IMG/VR virus record: IMGVR_UViG_3300030102_005172
Span: 54,053 to 118,052 of that record
Length of the DNA: 64,000 nt
Origin: a virus
Strand: one strand, 5' to 3'
The notes under the pieces were generated by a model. The model ran no database searches, was not told the origin of the DNA, and was given only the letters and a program-made list of their open reading frames with translations. This document shows positions 19,129 to 29,300 of this stretch, in pieces (position 1 is the first letter of the stretch; the number at the start of each line of letters is the position of its first letter). The translations under genes and the position numbers were made by a program.

Positions 19129-21524
19129 TAATTAACTCCTCTAGTACTTCTTACTCGTTGTACTTTTGATATTTCACTAATTACTTTATTATCAAATACT
19201 ATTTGTATAGGTTGAGCTTGTAAATCACCTCTAAGTCCTTTAATTTCTTCTAATAATGGGTCACTTTCACCACCACCACCTGCGGTTGCACCACCACCAT
19301 CGTCACCACCTGCTCCAAATGCTCCTGCAATCATTGGTAACATAAGTCCTAATGCGAATACCGTTCCAAGGAATGGTGTTATCATCAATAGACCCATTGC
19401 GAATGGCATCATCGCTAATCCTACTGCCGCAAGTCCTGCCGCCAAGGAAAGTAAACCTGGTGCGACTAACACTAATTGACCCAATCCTGCGGCTAATGCC
19501 GATATTGCTGGAACTGCTGCAATCAATATCATAGATGCGAGTCCAAACGCAAGAATACCCGGCGTTGCGTAAAGTAATCCAATACCCAATGCTAACATAC
19601 CGACACCAAGTAAACTTAATATAGCAGTTAATGGTATTAAGAATGGTGCAATCGTAATCAGACCCATTAAGGATTCTGTAAGATTACCCATCATTTCAAA
19701 TCCTTTAGCTATTTCTTGTATCGCATATCCAAGAACTAATAATGCTGCGGCAATAATTAACATTGCGGCGGCACCTGCGAGAATCGCAACTGCTCCAACA
19801 CCACTCATCATTATTGCACCTACTAATGCCAATGCACCTACTAATGCTAACATGGATACAACTGCCATACCAATAGCTTTCCATTCAACCTTCATAAATT
19901 CTTGTACTGCTTTTGCGAATACAAATACGGATGCCGCTACAAGTAATAATGCCGCACCACCTGCGAGTAATTTTTTAGCGTCTATTTTTGAAATAGCATT
20001 TGTCATACTACTTGTTCCTTTACCAGGACCACTATCAATTTTTGGTTTAGGTTTTGGCATATTTGTTTGTTTATCACCACCAATTAGACCCATAGCTGAA
20101 CCTGCCTTTTTAGCAAGTCCACCTATACCTTTTAATGCAATTGAGGCCTGTGCTATCGCTGGTAAATATGATGTCATCAAAGCTTGTCCTTGTTGCATAA
20201 CAAATTGTTTATTAGCCTCTCGCGCTTCATTATCTTCAATTAGTTTTTTTCTCGCTTCATCTGTTAAATCTGCAGTTTCTTCCAAGAATTTCGCATGTTC
20301 AGCTTGTTTGGTAACTACTTCAGATAATTGTTGACCAGTCATACCATATGCAGCACCCAACGCCTCAAGTTCCATTGGTCCTTTACCTTCTAAATCCTCT
20401 AAAGATATTCCTAATTCTGACATAGCTTTATTAAATGCGTCTAAGTCACCTGTTAATTGATATTCCATTGAAGCTTGTCTAATTGCATTTGTATTTTTAA
20501 GTAAGTCACCCATTCCCATGGCTCTTGCTTTCATCTCAGCTTGTATAGAATTTTCAATATTTAACATATTAGATGAAACATCTGCCATTTGCTCCATACT
20601 CATACCCATTTGTTTAAGTTGTGCGGCTTGTTTAGCAAATGCCATTATTTGTTTTTCAGATTTACCTACTAATAAGGTTGCGTTTTTGGCCATATCTTGG
20701 AATATAGCTCTTGCAGATACACCTTCTTTTTGTGCTAATACTTTTATATTTGATGTGAGTTCATCTGCACTTGAACCTGAGTTAGCAAATGCCTGTTGTA
20801 ACATGATTGCGTTCTCACCAGATTCTCCTGATAATGCAGATATCTCTACTAAGTCTCTCTGCATTTCTGCAGTAAAGTTTTGAGTAGTTCCAAAGAATTC
20901 AGCAGAGTCTTTTGCTGCGGTTGCTAATGCCTCACCACCATACAACATACCTTCCATGGTAAATAAGTTTCTGAGTGTTATCGCTCCCATTCTTGCAGAT
21001 TCTTGAGCTGATAATCCTAATTGAGTATAAAGTTCTTTTGCTAATCCAACGGTTGCTTGGAATCCTTCGGTTAACATTTCTACACCTTTTTTGGCAACTG
21101 CTAAACCAACACCGAACATAATACCATTTTTAAGCATATCAGCTGATAGTCCAACTGATTTCAATAAACCATCTCCAAGTTCATCAGCAAGGTCTGTGAT
21201 TTCTTGTTGTTTGTCTTTTCTTTTTTGTTCAACCTTTAAAAGATTTTCTGTTGCCTCTAACTCTTTTAAAATTTCTTCTTTTCTATCTTTTGTTAAGTTA
21301 TATTCACCTTCAATGATTTTTTGTTTTTCTTCGAGTACTTTTGTGAGTTTAGAAGATAAATCTTTTTCTTGAGCTAAGTCTGCAGTAAGTTGTTTGGCAA
21401 TCTTACCTTGTTTGGTACGATAATCCAAATTTTTCTTTAAAACATCGGCAAGATTTGATTGTAAGTCTTTTTCCGCCGCAACTGCGTCAATTCTTGCTTG
21501 TGTATCTTTGTTAAACTTAGCCAT
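19128..21524 (-). CDS. tape measure protein
   Basis: Ala/Leu-rich helical protein with hydrophobic C-terminal segments, downstream of tube and chaperone genes. Confidence 0.8.
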   Translation of the reverse strand: MAKFNKDTQARIDAVAAEKDLQSNLADVLKKNLDYRTKQGKIAKQLTADLAQEKDLSSKLTKVLEEKQKIIEGEYNLTKDRKEEILKELEATENLLKVEQKRKDKQQEITDLADELGDGLLKSVGLSADMLKNGIMFGVGLAVAKKGVEMLTEGFQATVGLAKELYTQLGLSAQESARMGAITLRNLFTMEGMLYGGEALATAAKDSAEFFGTTQNFTAEMQRDLVEISALSGESGENAIMLQQAFANSGSSADELTSNIKVLAQKEGVSARAIFQDMAKNATLLVGKSEKQIMAFAKQAAQLKQMGMSMEQMADVSSNMLNIENSIQAEMKARAMGMGDLLKNTNAIRQASMEYQLTGDLDAFNKAMSELGISLEDLEGKGPMELEALGAAYGMTGQQLSEVVTKQAEHAKFLEETADLTDEARKKLIEDNEAREANKQFVMQQGQALMTSYLPAIAQASIALKGIGGLAKKAGSAMGLIGGDKQTNMPKPKPKIDSGPGKGTSSMTNAISKIDAKKLLAGGAALLLVAASVFVFAKAVQEFMKVEWKAIGMAVVSMLALVGALALVGAIMMSGVGAVAILAGAAAMLIIAAALLVLGYAIQEIAKGFEMMGNLTESLMGLITIAPFLIPLTAILSLLGVGMLALGIGLLYATPGILAFGLASMILIAAVPAISALAAGLGQLVLVAPGLLSLAAGLAAVGLAMMPFAMGLLMITPFLGTVFALGLMLPMIAGAFGAGGDDGGGATAGGGGESDPLLEEIKGLRGDLQAQPIQIVFDNKVISEISKVQRVRSTRGVN

Positions 21525-21541
21525 TTATCCCCTTGTGTAGT

Positions 21542-21754
21542 TTAGTCGTCAGTTAATTCACGACCTGTCCATTGTACGGGCTTAATATTATACTTTTTTA
21601 GTAATGATTGGTATTTAGGGTCATTTGTCAATTTAGCAAGTTCTTTTTCTTTTTTACTTTTTTTTATGTAATTGATAAACTGACTAATAAAACCTTCAGG
21701 TAGGTTTTGTTTTTCAAGTACTTCCCTAAACTTTGATTCTTTTATGGTTTTCAT
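21542..21754 (-). CDS. hypothetical protein
   Basis: 70 aa; SD AAGGG and a late motif upstream. Confidence 0.65.
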   Translation of the reverse strand: MKTIKESKFREVLEKQNLPEGFISQFINYIKKSKKEKELAKLTNDPKYQSLLKKYNIKPVQWTGRELTDD

Positions 21755-21788
21755 ATGGTATCCCTTAGTTTATATTCTATAAATATGT

Positions 21789-21813
21789 AAAAACCCAACA
21801 AATATGTCGGGTT
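21789..21813 (-). terminator. intrinsic terminator
   Basis: AACCCGACA-TATT-TGTTGGGTT followed by a T run. Confidence 0.7.
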
Positions 21814-21819
21814 CTTATA

Positions 21820-22045
21820 TTACTTCTTGACACGAGGCATTTTTGACTTCATTTTTCTCATTTCCTTGTCATGTGCCTTCTTTTCTTCTTGTTTGAACTC
21901 TATTATCTTTCCGATATAGAAATTCCTTGCCCAAACGGGCATATTGTAGACATCGGTGTGAGTAAACCCACCATTTCCATGGAATATAAGGTCAAAAATT
22001 TGAGCGTGTAAATGCTTTCTATAATTACTCGGAAGGCCAAAAAAA
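21820..22045 (-). CDS. tail assembly chaperone C-terminal extension (probable frameshift product)
   Basis: +1 frame overlapping the end of 22025..22903 at a T7 run; FHGNGGF..VYNMPVW.RNFY. Confidence 0.6.
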
Positions 22046-22903
22046 CCCGACATCCATAGGCAGTTGCATTTCTCTCTCTTCCCCGGTCTCCTCAGATACA
22101 AATTCAAATGTTAAATCAATATCGGGAACACTTTCGTTGATATACGCTCTGAGTGCCTTTGAATCTACTGCGAATAATTCATTGTCCACGAAATGATTAA
22201 TGTCTTTTTGTTCTTCAGAACCATCTACTGAAAGAATCATATTTTTCATCCTTGTAGTTAATTCTCTTGAAGTCATATCTTTTAATTTTCGATTTGCCTT
22301 CTTTAGAGCTTCAACTTGATGTTTTACTTTTCTTTCTCTTGATTCAGTCATCGCCATAAAAGTAATTTTTCTCTTTGATACTGGTAATGTGAATTCAAAC
22401 TCATTCTTATGAAGTTCTACTTGATTTGAACCATCGTATGATTTGTTTTCAAACTGAGTGAGGTCAATTGTTTCCTTCTGCTTTGTACCTGGTTGTGATG
22501 GGTCATCAATTTCTACTTTGTAGTCTTTACCATACCCAAGTACTCTTGCTGCAATCATAATTGCGTTTTTATCACCTGTAACTAAATCTACATATTTTAT
22601 AGGTTCACCTTCACCATTACCGATGATTAGTGATTGGAATAGTCTGTCTAAAACAGTTCCATCTTTAATATATGATTGTGTAGTTAGGATATCTTCCTCT
22701 TTTGCCGTCATATACTTCATTTCAACCTTTCCTACTGAAAGTGGGTTGTCTTTTTCGTATATTAGACCTTTTGAGGGTAAATCTATAACTTCCGTAGGGA
22801 ATTTATAGTCACGAACTTCTTTTGTTTCGTGTTGTTGGATAGCTTTTTGTACCATATCCTTATCGGATATTGGGTACTCATCTTGTAATTTTTCTTTTGC
22901 CAT
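22025..22903 (-). CDS. tail assembly chaperone / gp26-like hub assembly protein
   Basis: LPSKGLIY, MTAKEEDIL, ends FFWPSE; lies between tube and tape measure genes. Confidence 0.75.
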   Translation of the reverse strand: MAKEKLQDEYPISDKDMVQKAIQQHETKEVRDYKFPTEVIDLPSKGLIYEKDNPLSVGKVEMKYMTAKEEDILTTQSYIKDGTVLDRLFQSLIIGNGEGEPIKYVDLVTGDKNAIMIAARVLGYGKDYKVEIDDPSQPGTKQKETIDLTQFENKSYDGSNQVELHKNEFEFTLPVSKRKITFMAMTESRERKVKHQVEALKKANRKLKDMTSRELTTRMKNMILSVDGSEEQKDINHFVDNELFAVDSKALRAYINESVPDIDLTFEFVSEETGEEREMQLPMDVGFFWPSE

Positions 22904-22974
22904 AATAAAACTCGTTTTATATCTTTTTGTTGTACTGTACTATAATATATATGTAACTGGACTATTATTAATAC

Positions 22975-23001
22975 AAAAAACCCCCAAAAAGTTGAGGGTC
23001 T
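22975..23001 (-). terminator. intrinsic terminator
   Basis: GACCCTCAA-CTTT-TTGGGGGTT followed by a T run. Confidence 0.7.
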
Positions 23002-23024
23002 TTATTTTTTTAGTAGAATATTGG

Positions 23025-23288
23025 TTATGCCCAAGAATAACTTCCGTCTGAACCATTTAAAACATTTACACCTGCTTCAAATCCATCTGGTAAATCACCA
23101 TCATAGGTAATTTTATCTCTTCCACCATAATCAAACCCATCAGATGGTAGTCCCCATGTATTATCTGCCTCTGCAATTGTAAAGTGAGTAACAGGGTCAC
23201 CTGCAACATCTTGCCAAGTAGCGTATTCTGATTCACCTATCCACTCAACAACATTGTCGTCTTTTCTTCTAACGATTAAATATGCCAT
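23025..23288 (-). CDS. small acidic hypothetical protein
   Basis: 87 aa; SD AAGGAG; has its own late motif and terminator. Confidence 0.75.
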   Translation of the reverse strand: MAYLIVRRKDDNVVEWIGESEYATWQDVAGDPVTHFTIAEADNTWGLPSDGFDYGGRDKITYDGDLPDGFEAGVNVLNGSDGSYSWA

Positions 23289-23335
23289 AGTATCTCTCCT
23301 TTGTATTAATATGTAATAAATATGTCTTTATATAA

Positions 23336-23361
23336 TAAAAAACCCACCAATCGGTGGGTTA
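23336..23361 (-). terminator. intrinsic terminator after tail tube gene
   Basis: AACCCACC-GATT-GGTGGGTT-TTTT. Confidence 0.85.
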
Positions 23362-23394
23362 TTCATTTTGTAATTTCTATTTACAATCCGTATA

Positions 23395-23883
23395 TTAAAA
23401 TTGTAGTATTGCGTAATCGTAAGTAAGTGTCATTTCTACTGTTGCCAAGTCTTCACCTGCGTAGTCCATATCTGAAAAGTTTGCAGATTGGATATATGCA
23501 CCTTTTAATGTCCACTCTTCTACTTTATCACCAACAGGACCCAAACTGTTAAATGTGATGTCTTTTTTATAGAAATCAGAGTATCCATCTCTACCTGTTA
23601 CAGATTCGTGATGTAGTCTTACCCACTCCATTACTGCTTGTGCAGCGGAAGGTACGACTGGGTCGTATAAAGTGATTGCTAAATCTTGCCACTCAGAACG
23701 ACCTTTCACATATCTTCTAACATTGATATGGTCGATGGTAACTTTACCATTGTTTATTTCTGGTCTGGCTGCCGTTTTCACCAAGTATGCAGGGATTCCT
23801 TCGATGTACATGATGAACCTATTTGACATTTTAGGTTCAAAGTTGGTGAACATTATTTCATTTGGGTCTAATAATTGTGCCAT
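23395..23883 (-). CDS. tail tube protein (gp19-like)
   Basis: FEPKMSNRF, VKGRSEW, YKKDI, EEWTLKGA, LTYDYA; follows the sheath gene. Confidence 0.9.
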   Translation of the reverse strand: MAQLLDPNEIMFTNFEPKMSNRFIMYIEGIPAYLVKTAARPEINNGKVTIDHINVRRYVKGRSEWQDLAITLYDPVVPSAAQAVMEWVRLHHESVTGRDGYSDFYKKDITFNSLGPVGDKVEEWTLKGAYIQSANFSDMDYAGEDLATVEMTLTYDYAILQF

Positions 23884-23931
23884 TTAATTCTCCTATTTCT
23901 CTTTCTAATAAATAGTGTTATCTATTATTTT

Positions 23932-26334
23932 TTATTCAGGGAACGCTGCGCCTGTTGGTAGTACATTGAAATCAAGTACTATAAACTCTGCAGTTTTCGC
24001 TGGTTGAATAAAAATCTCTCCTTTTAAGATGTTTCTATCAATAATATCTGGTGTATTATTTGATTCATCCATTATTACTCGGAATGCGAACAAACCTTGT
24101 CTCTGTTGTACTGACTCTAAGTAAGGGTTAACTATACTTAAGAATCTGTTTCTTGTCGCTGCCGTATTATTTTCGAACAATAAGAATCTTGAAGATGATG
24201 CGATGAACTTCTTCAATGCGATTAACAATCTTCTTACATTGATTCTGTCAAGTGCGGATGGTCTAGCTTGGAGTGTTTTTTGTCCAAATACCGTAGCACC
24301 TTGTCCAGGGAATGTAGCGATTGGGTTAATTCTATTTTCGTATAATGTATCTCTTTCATCGTGAGTTAATCTTGATTTAACTTCGATTACATTTGATAAA
24401 CCACCTCTGTTAAGACCTGCTGGTGCGAACCATGGTTCTGCAACTGCGTCATTAAATGCGATAACACCTGGTAATACAACACTTGGTGGTACCCAGACTG
24501 GCTTATTTTTATCTGTATCAAGGATTTTAACCCATGGATGATAAGTTCCAACATAATTTGAATCGAATGAACTTAGTGAGTTAACTACTGTTGCGATTGA
24601 ATCTGAATAAGACCCAGCGTCCATTACATAGAATGCGTCTTGTCTATCTTCTACCATATCTTTTGCAAAAGTAGTTACTGATGAGTGTAGTCTATTGATT
24701 ACACCTGGTGTAACTAACATATTCATATCATACTCATCAGGGTTTGACATTGCGTTAATAGCTTTTCTAAATGCAATCGTACCACCTGCAGTCGCTGATG
24801 ATAAATCTAATCCTTGCATATTACCTGCAACAATGTTTTCTCCTGTAAGTATTGTTCTGTTTGGTGCGAATCCATCAAATCCACCTTGGAATGGTACATT
24901 GAATTTTTTATTGTCTATAATACCATCGTTTAGTGTAATTGCTGCTCCATTTGAAATACAATTACTTAGTAAGAACTTAGAACCAACAGTTTCAGAACTT
25001 GAATCTGGAATTGGATTTAAGTAGTTTAAGTTATCTGTATTTGTAAAGTCATATGAGTATCCTAAGAATGCTCTCTTGTTAAATTCACCTGCAATTGACT
25101 GAGTTAGTTCATATGTTGGACTTGGTATATCGTGTCCACTATGAATTGGTGATTTAACTGCTGCAAATCCGAATGGTACAAGACTTGAATCGATTGCTCC
25201 CGCGTCTACATCAGAATTTACTTCTACTCTAATGTTTACAGATGCGTTTGGATAGTCACCATTTGAAGTAACTTTACCATTGTTATCAACAGTAATATAT
25301 TTGTCACCAATTACTCTCTTAATATAGTTAGGTGAATTAGGGTCTAAGTTAAGTCCACTAAACTCTTCTACTATATTTGGTCTAACATCACTATCTTGTA
25401 CATTTTGACCGAAAACAGAATAAGGAATCTTAGAACTATCTACTCTTCTTACTATTACTGAGAATGTTCCATATTCAGAACCAGGTACTTCATTTGCTGG
25501 TTTGATATCTCTAATACCAATTTTAAATTCGTAGTTTGTTGGATTACCATGTGATAGTGTGTGGAATCTAAATAAGTTTTTAGTAACACCTGATACATCT
25601 TGTGATATGATGAAAGGTGTTGTAGCCTCACAATATGCTTTAGTATAGTCGGTTTTTCTAAGTGTATCTATTTCTACATCACAATTAGGGTCGCTGGCAA
25701 AAGACGATGATTGGAATGTTTTAAAGTTTAGATACAGATAACCGAATTCCGAACCATTTTTAGGAGATGAACCAAATGTTTTTCCAATATACTTGGTAGA
25801 TGTTGGGTTCAATGATGCGGTTGCGATTGCAAGTACTGCTGATTCTGATAAACCTGTTACTGCACCTGAAGCACTTAAATATAGTGCGAAGTTTGAAGCT
25901 GATACTTCTGTTGTTGGTGAAGCGGCTGAACCACTTAAGTTAGTGACTACTGATTTATCAAACGAACCTGTTGAGTTTGCTACATTTCCAAATGGAACTT
26001 TTGTAGTTGGGTGAATCACCGCTGCTACTGAACCACTAATCTTTAAAACTAAAGGTTCAACAGTATAACCACTTTGTCCTAATACTCTAACAATAGTTGC
26101 CGTTCCTGCGTCTTCTAAATACGATTGTGCAGTATATGGTAAATATGAATCTTCTGTCAATCCACCGAATACCTGCGTAAATTCTTGAAAGGACTCGACT
26201 TTGGTTGGTACGAATGCAGGTCCTTTAATACTTTGTCCTATAAGTGCTGCACCTATTTCACCAATACCTTGAGGTAAAAATGATAGGTCTTTTTCTCTTG
26301 TGAATACACCTGGACTAACAATTCTTTCTGCCAT
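23932..26334 (-). CDS. tail sheath protein (gp18-like)
   Basis: SPGVFTRE, WFAPAGLNRG, INPI, FGQKTL, DRINVRRL, P.KTAEFI. Confidence 0.96.
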   Translation of the reverse strand: MAERIVSPGVFTREKDLSFLPQGIGEIGAALIGQSIKGPAFVPTKVESFQEFTQVFGGLTEDSYLPYTAQSYLEDAGTATIVRVLGQSGYTVEPLVLKISGSVAAVIHPTTKVPFGNVANSTGSFDKSVVTNLSGSAASPTTEVSASNFALYLSASGAVTGLSESAVLAIATASLNPTSTKYIGKTFGSSPKNGSEFGYLYLNFKTFQSSSFASDPNCDVEIDTLRKTDYTKAYCEATTPFIISQDVSGVTKNLFRFHTLSHGNPTNYEFKIGIRDIKPANEVPGSEYGTFSVIVRRVDSSKIPYSVFGQNVQDSDVRPNIVEEFSGLNLDPNSPNYIKRVIGDKYITVDNNGKVTSNGDYPNASVNIRVEVNSDVDAGAIDSSLVPFGFAAVKSPIHSGHDIPSPTYELTQSIAGEFNKRAFLGYSYDFTNTDNLNYLNPIPDSSSETVGSKFLLSNCISNGAAITLNDGIIDNKKFNVPFQGGFDGFAPNRTILTGENIVAGNMQGLDLSSATAGGTIAFRKAINAMSNPDEYDMNMLVTPGVINRLHSSVTTFAKDMVEDRQDAFYVMDAGSYSDSIATVVNSLSSFDSNYVGTYHPWVKILDTDKNKPVWVPPSVVLPGVIAFNDAVAEPWFAPAGLNRGGLSNVIEVKSRLTHDERDTLYENRINPIATFPGQGATVFGQKTLQARPSALDRINVRRLLIALKKFIASSSRFLLFENNTAATRNRFLSIVNPYLESVQQRQGLFAFRVIMDESNNTPDIIDRNILKGEIFIQPAKTAEFIVLDFNVLPTGAAFPE

Positions 26335-26404
26335 TATTTTCTCCTAAATTAAAATCTTTGGTTTACCTTTATATAAATACTCCAAAAATTTTGAAAACGA
26401 ATAC

Positions 26405-26686
26405 TTATTTGCTAGGTGTGAATGTATTAGTATTAATATCGTAAGTTCCCTCACCATATTTCTCTCTTAACTTCACGCTTAACTCTTTTTCTTCATTAAG
26501 TAATTCATTGTAAGAATCCATTAAAGCGCCTTTTTCTTTTTTCAAATCACTAAACTGATTTTCTAAACTTGTTACGCTAATTTCAATCTCACCTATTCTT
26601 GATGTTATTGATATAACCTTACTTTGAATTTCCGTAATTTTTTTAACTTCTTCTTCCGAAAAACTTTTTGCTATCTTTTCTGTCAT
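26405..26686 (-). CDS. small coiled-coil protein
   Basis: Heptad pattern and C-terminal KYGEGTYDI. Confidence 0.7.
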   Translation of the reverse strand: MTEKIAKSFSEEEVKKITEIQSKVISITSRIGEIEISVTSLENQFSDLKKEKGALMDSYNELLNEEKELSVKLREKYGEGTYDINTNTFTPSK

Positions 26687-26729
26687 AACTTAAAATTTAT
26701 TGTTTACTACTAATATAAATATGGAAAAA

Positions 26730-27569
26730 TTATTCATTACCACTCTTTTTGGTAATTTTAATACCTGAAAGTGATGGCGCTTCCGTAAATACTGCTTTTC
26801 CTTTTGATATTCTTCGTTTTGTATTATTGTTCAAACCAACAAATTCTGGCACAATATATGCTTTTGCTACCAATGATATTGTTGCTTTAGTAATCCTATC
26901 TTGACCCATCTCTGCGATAGTTTCAAAACTATAAGAATCACCTTTTATTACAAACTTATATCTTTCACCGAAAGACCTTCCTTGAAAGAATACAATTTGT
27001 TCTACTACTTTATTAACCTGTTCCATGTAGTCACACCAAACTATTACTTCATATTGTAAATCAACATAATCTGGTCTTTCGACTGACATAAATTCTCTTT
27101 TAGGACTTTCACCTGTTAGAACTGAAAATTGGTCGTATCTATTTGTTTTAGTATACTTTCTTTCAAATGCTTGATGTGCGTCTTCGTTCTGTGCAACTTT
27201 TAATTTTGATAATTCTGTATTAATTGAAAGATTGTCTCTTTTGAAAACTATAACGGGTGTAAGTATCATTCCGTTATCATCTTTCATAAAACCATCTCGT
27301 TGTGCACTTGCCCATTTTTCAGGTGAAGCATACATTACAGGTACAGGAAAAAATCTTCCATCATCCTCAACAGTTGGTCTTACATCTTTTTCTAAAAATG
27401 TTTTAAATGCAGAATCAACATCGTAAATACCAACACTAACATTTTTTACATTGTCTTTATCTCTTCTAATTTGTTTTGCCTTGTTTAACTTAGGGTCAAC
27501 AGATGTAGAGGATTGTGTTTGTATAATCTGAGGTTTACTTGTATCTGTATTTCTGTATTTTATAGCCAT
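26730..27569 (-). CDS. tail terminator / sheath stabiliser (gp15-like)
   Basis: VPVMYASPEKW motif; T4 gene order gp13-14-15-18. Confidence 0.7.
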   Translation of the reverse strand: MAIKYRNTDTSKPQIIQTQSSTSVDPKLNKAKQIRRDKDNVKNVSVGIYDVDSAFKTFLEKDVRPTVEDDGRFFPVPVMYASPEKWASAQRDGFMKDDNGMILTPVIVFKRDNLSINTELSKLKVAQNEDAHQAFERKYTKTNRYDQFSVLTGESPKREFMSVERPDYVDLQYEVIVWCDYMEQVNKVVEQIVFFQGRSFGERYKFVIKGDSYSFETIAEMGQDRITKATISLVAKAYIVPEFVGLNNNTKRRISKGKAVFTEAPSLSGIKITKKSGNE

Positions 27570-27570
27570 C

Positions 27571-28098
27571 TTATAGTCCTATTGGTACTTCATTATCATT
27601 TTGATTTGAATTACCAAATCTTGTTTCTACTAATTTAATACTTGATTGTCGTGTTACATGGGTATCACATATAATAGATACATTTAAACCTTGAGTTTCA
27701 CCACCATCCCAATACTTAGGATTTTTACCTGCGAAATATTGATATGAATATGCCGCATCAATCAAATGATATTCATTATTCCATTGTATAATGTCACCAA
27801 CTTCAGGTACTAAATCAATACTTACTAATGAATCTCTTAAAAACTTAAATTGAACTTCACGCTGATATGATTGACCAAATTCATCAGATATTTGTGAAGC
27901 TTGGTTTCTTTCTACTAAACATGGTACTTTAATTGGATTGTGAAATACTTTATCTTTACCTTCACCATATAGGTTTGATTTTGTTTCCGTAATCGCTACC
28001 ATATAGTAATAGATTTGTGTATCAATAATATCATTGATAAGTTCTTTGTTCAACTTATTGAACAAATCCATGTCTCTTTGCCCACCGAACAACGCCAT
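27571..28098 (-). CDS. neck protein (gp14-like)
   Basis: NLYGE and PEVGDII motifs; synteny. Confidence 0.75.
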   Translation of the reverse strand: MALFGGQRDMDLFNKLNKELINDIIDTQIYYYMVAITETKSNLYGEGKDKVFHNPIKVPCLVERNQASQISDEFGQSYQREVQFKFLRDSLVSIDLVPEVGDIIQWNNEYHLIDAAYSYQYFAGKNPKYWDGGETQGLNVSIICDTHVTRQSSIKLVETRFGNSNQNDNEVPIGL

Positions 28099-28101
28099 TT
28101 A

Positions 28102-29265
28102 TTATCCTATAAAAATTGGTCTTGGAACTCTGTTTAAAGTTTCCTCTAAAAATTCAGATTCTTCTTTTCGCGCTTCCATTAATGCTCTACGAGAAGTTGA
28201 TTCTAACATTTCTTTCAATTCCGTTAATAAAGTTTCTTTTTCTGCAGATGCCTCATTTCTTAAATCAGCACCATCAAGTGTTACATCCGCACCTGGTATA
28301 GGGATAGAACTAAACTTAGCTCTAATTGCACCTAACATTTCTTTTGCTAATGCCAATGCATATCTTGCAATCCATTGTTTTCCTGCACTATTAATATTTG
28401 TATATGTTAGTCTACCAAATGGTGCATTTGATAAATCACTCACAACATTTGAATTTGCTATTGGTGATTTACTTTCACTTTCTAATGTATAATCAAAATA
28501 TACTTTTGCACCTGCGTCTTTAGATTGTGGGAATGGATATAATCTAATTCGTTTACCATCAACATGGAATCCATATGCAGACTTACGAATAAGGTCATTG
28601 AATTCAATAGCTTGTAATCTTAAAAGGTCATCAAACATAGGTTGCATCATAAATGAGACACCAGGGGAATAATTACCCCATCCAAAAGTTTCTAACATTT
28701 GTTGAGAACCTAAACCTGTACCGATAAATGGGTCAAAGTATCTTATGATTGCTGGTGGTTGTGTATGGAATACTCTTCTAAGTACAATTCCATCACTTAC
28801 TGAACCACTTTCTAAACTTACAACACTTGCGTCACTCAAATCATAAATTTGTTGATTTGCTACCATTGTAAAAGAACCTGTATATACTGTTACTCGTCCA
28901 CCACTTAATCCTTCAGTACCATAATCTTTTGCTATACTAACCATACCACTTAGGTTCGGTGCGATTTCAGTATCTTTTAAATCACCACCCAATGCAGAAC
29001 CTTGTATGGATAACATATTTTCTTTTGCTCTATATTGATTAACTTGTGAAGAATATTCATTAGCTGCCTCTTCAAGACAAGTAAAAAAGTTTATATCTTG
29101 TAATTCGACATCTACGATTGGATATCCTAATCTCTTCGCACACCATTCTGCAACTTTCGGAGCGTCACTTTGAAATTGTGTATCACCATCAAAGTATCCG
29201 AAAGGAGTTGATGAACCACTTGTAAATGAACCTGAGCCAGGCCAAATTGGAATATTTACTGCCAT
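28102..29265 (-). CDS. neck / head-tail adaptor (gp13-like)
   Basis: RLGYPIVDVEL, WIARYALALAKEMLG.IR.KF, VTLDG. Confidence 0.85.
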   Translation of the reverse strand: MAVNIPIWPGSGSFTSGSSTPFGYFDGDTQFQSDAPKVAEWCAKRLGYPIVDVELQDINFFTCLEEAANEYSSQVNQYRAKENMLSIQGSALGGDLKDTEIAPNLSGMVSIAKDYGTEGLSGGRVTVYTGSFTMVANQQIYDLSDASVVSLESGSVSDGIVLRRVFHTQPPAIIRYFDPFIGTGLGSQQMLETFGWGNYSPGVSFMMQPMFDDLLRLQAIEFNDLIRKSAYGFHVDGKRIRLYPFPQSKDAGAKVYFDYTLESESKSPIANSNVVSDLSNAPFGRLTYTNINSAGKQWIARYALALAKEMLGAIRAKFSSIPIPGADVTLDGADLRNEASAEKETLLTELKEMLESTSRRALMEARKEESEFLEETLNRVPRPIFIG

Positions 29266-29300
29266 TTAATTCTCCTCTATGTATATAAATATGGAAATAA

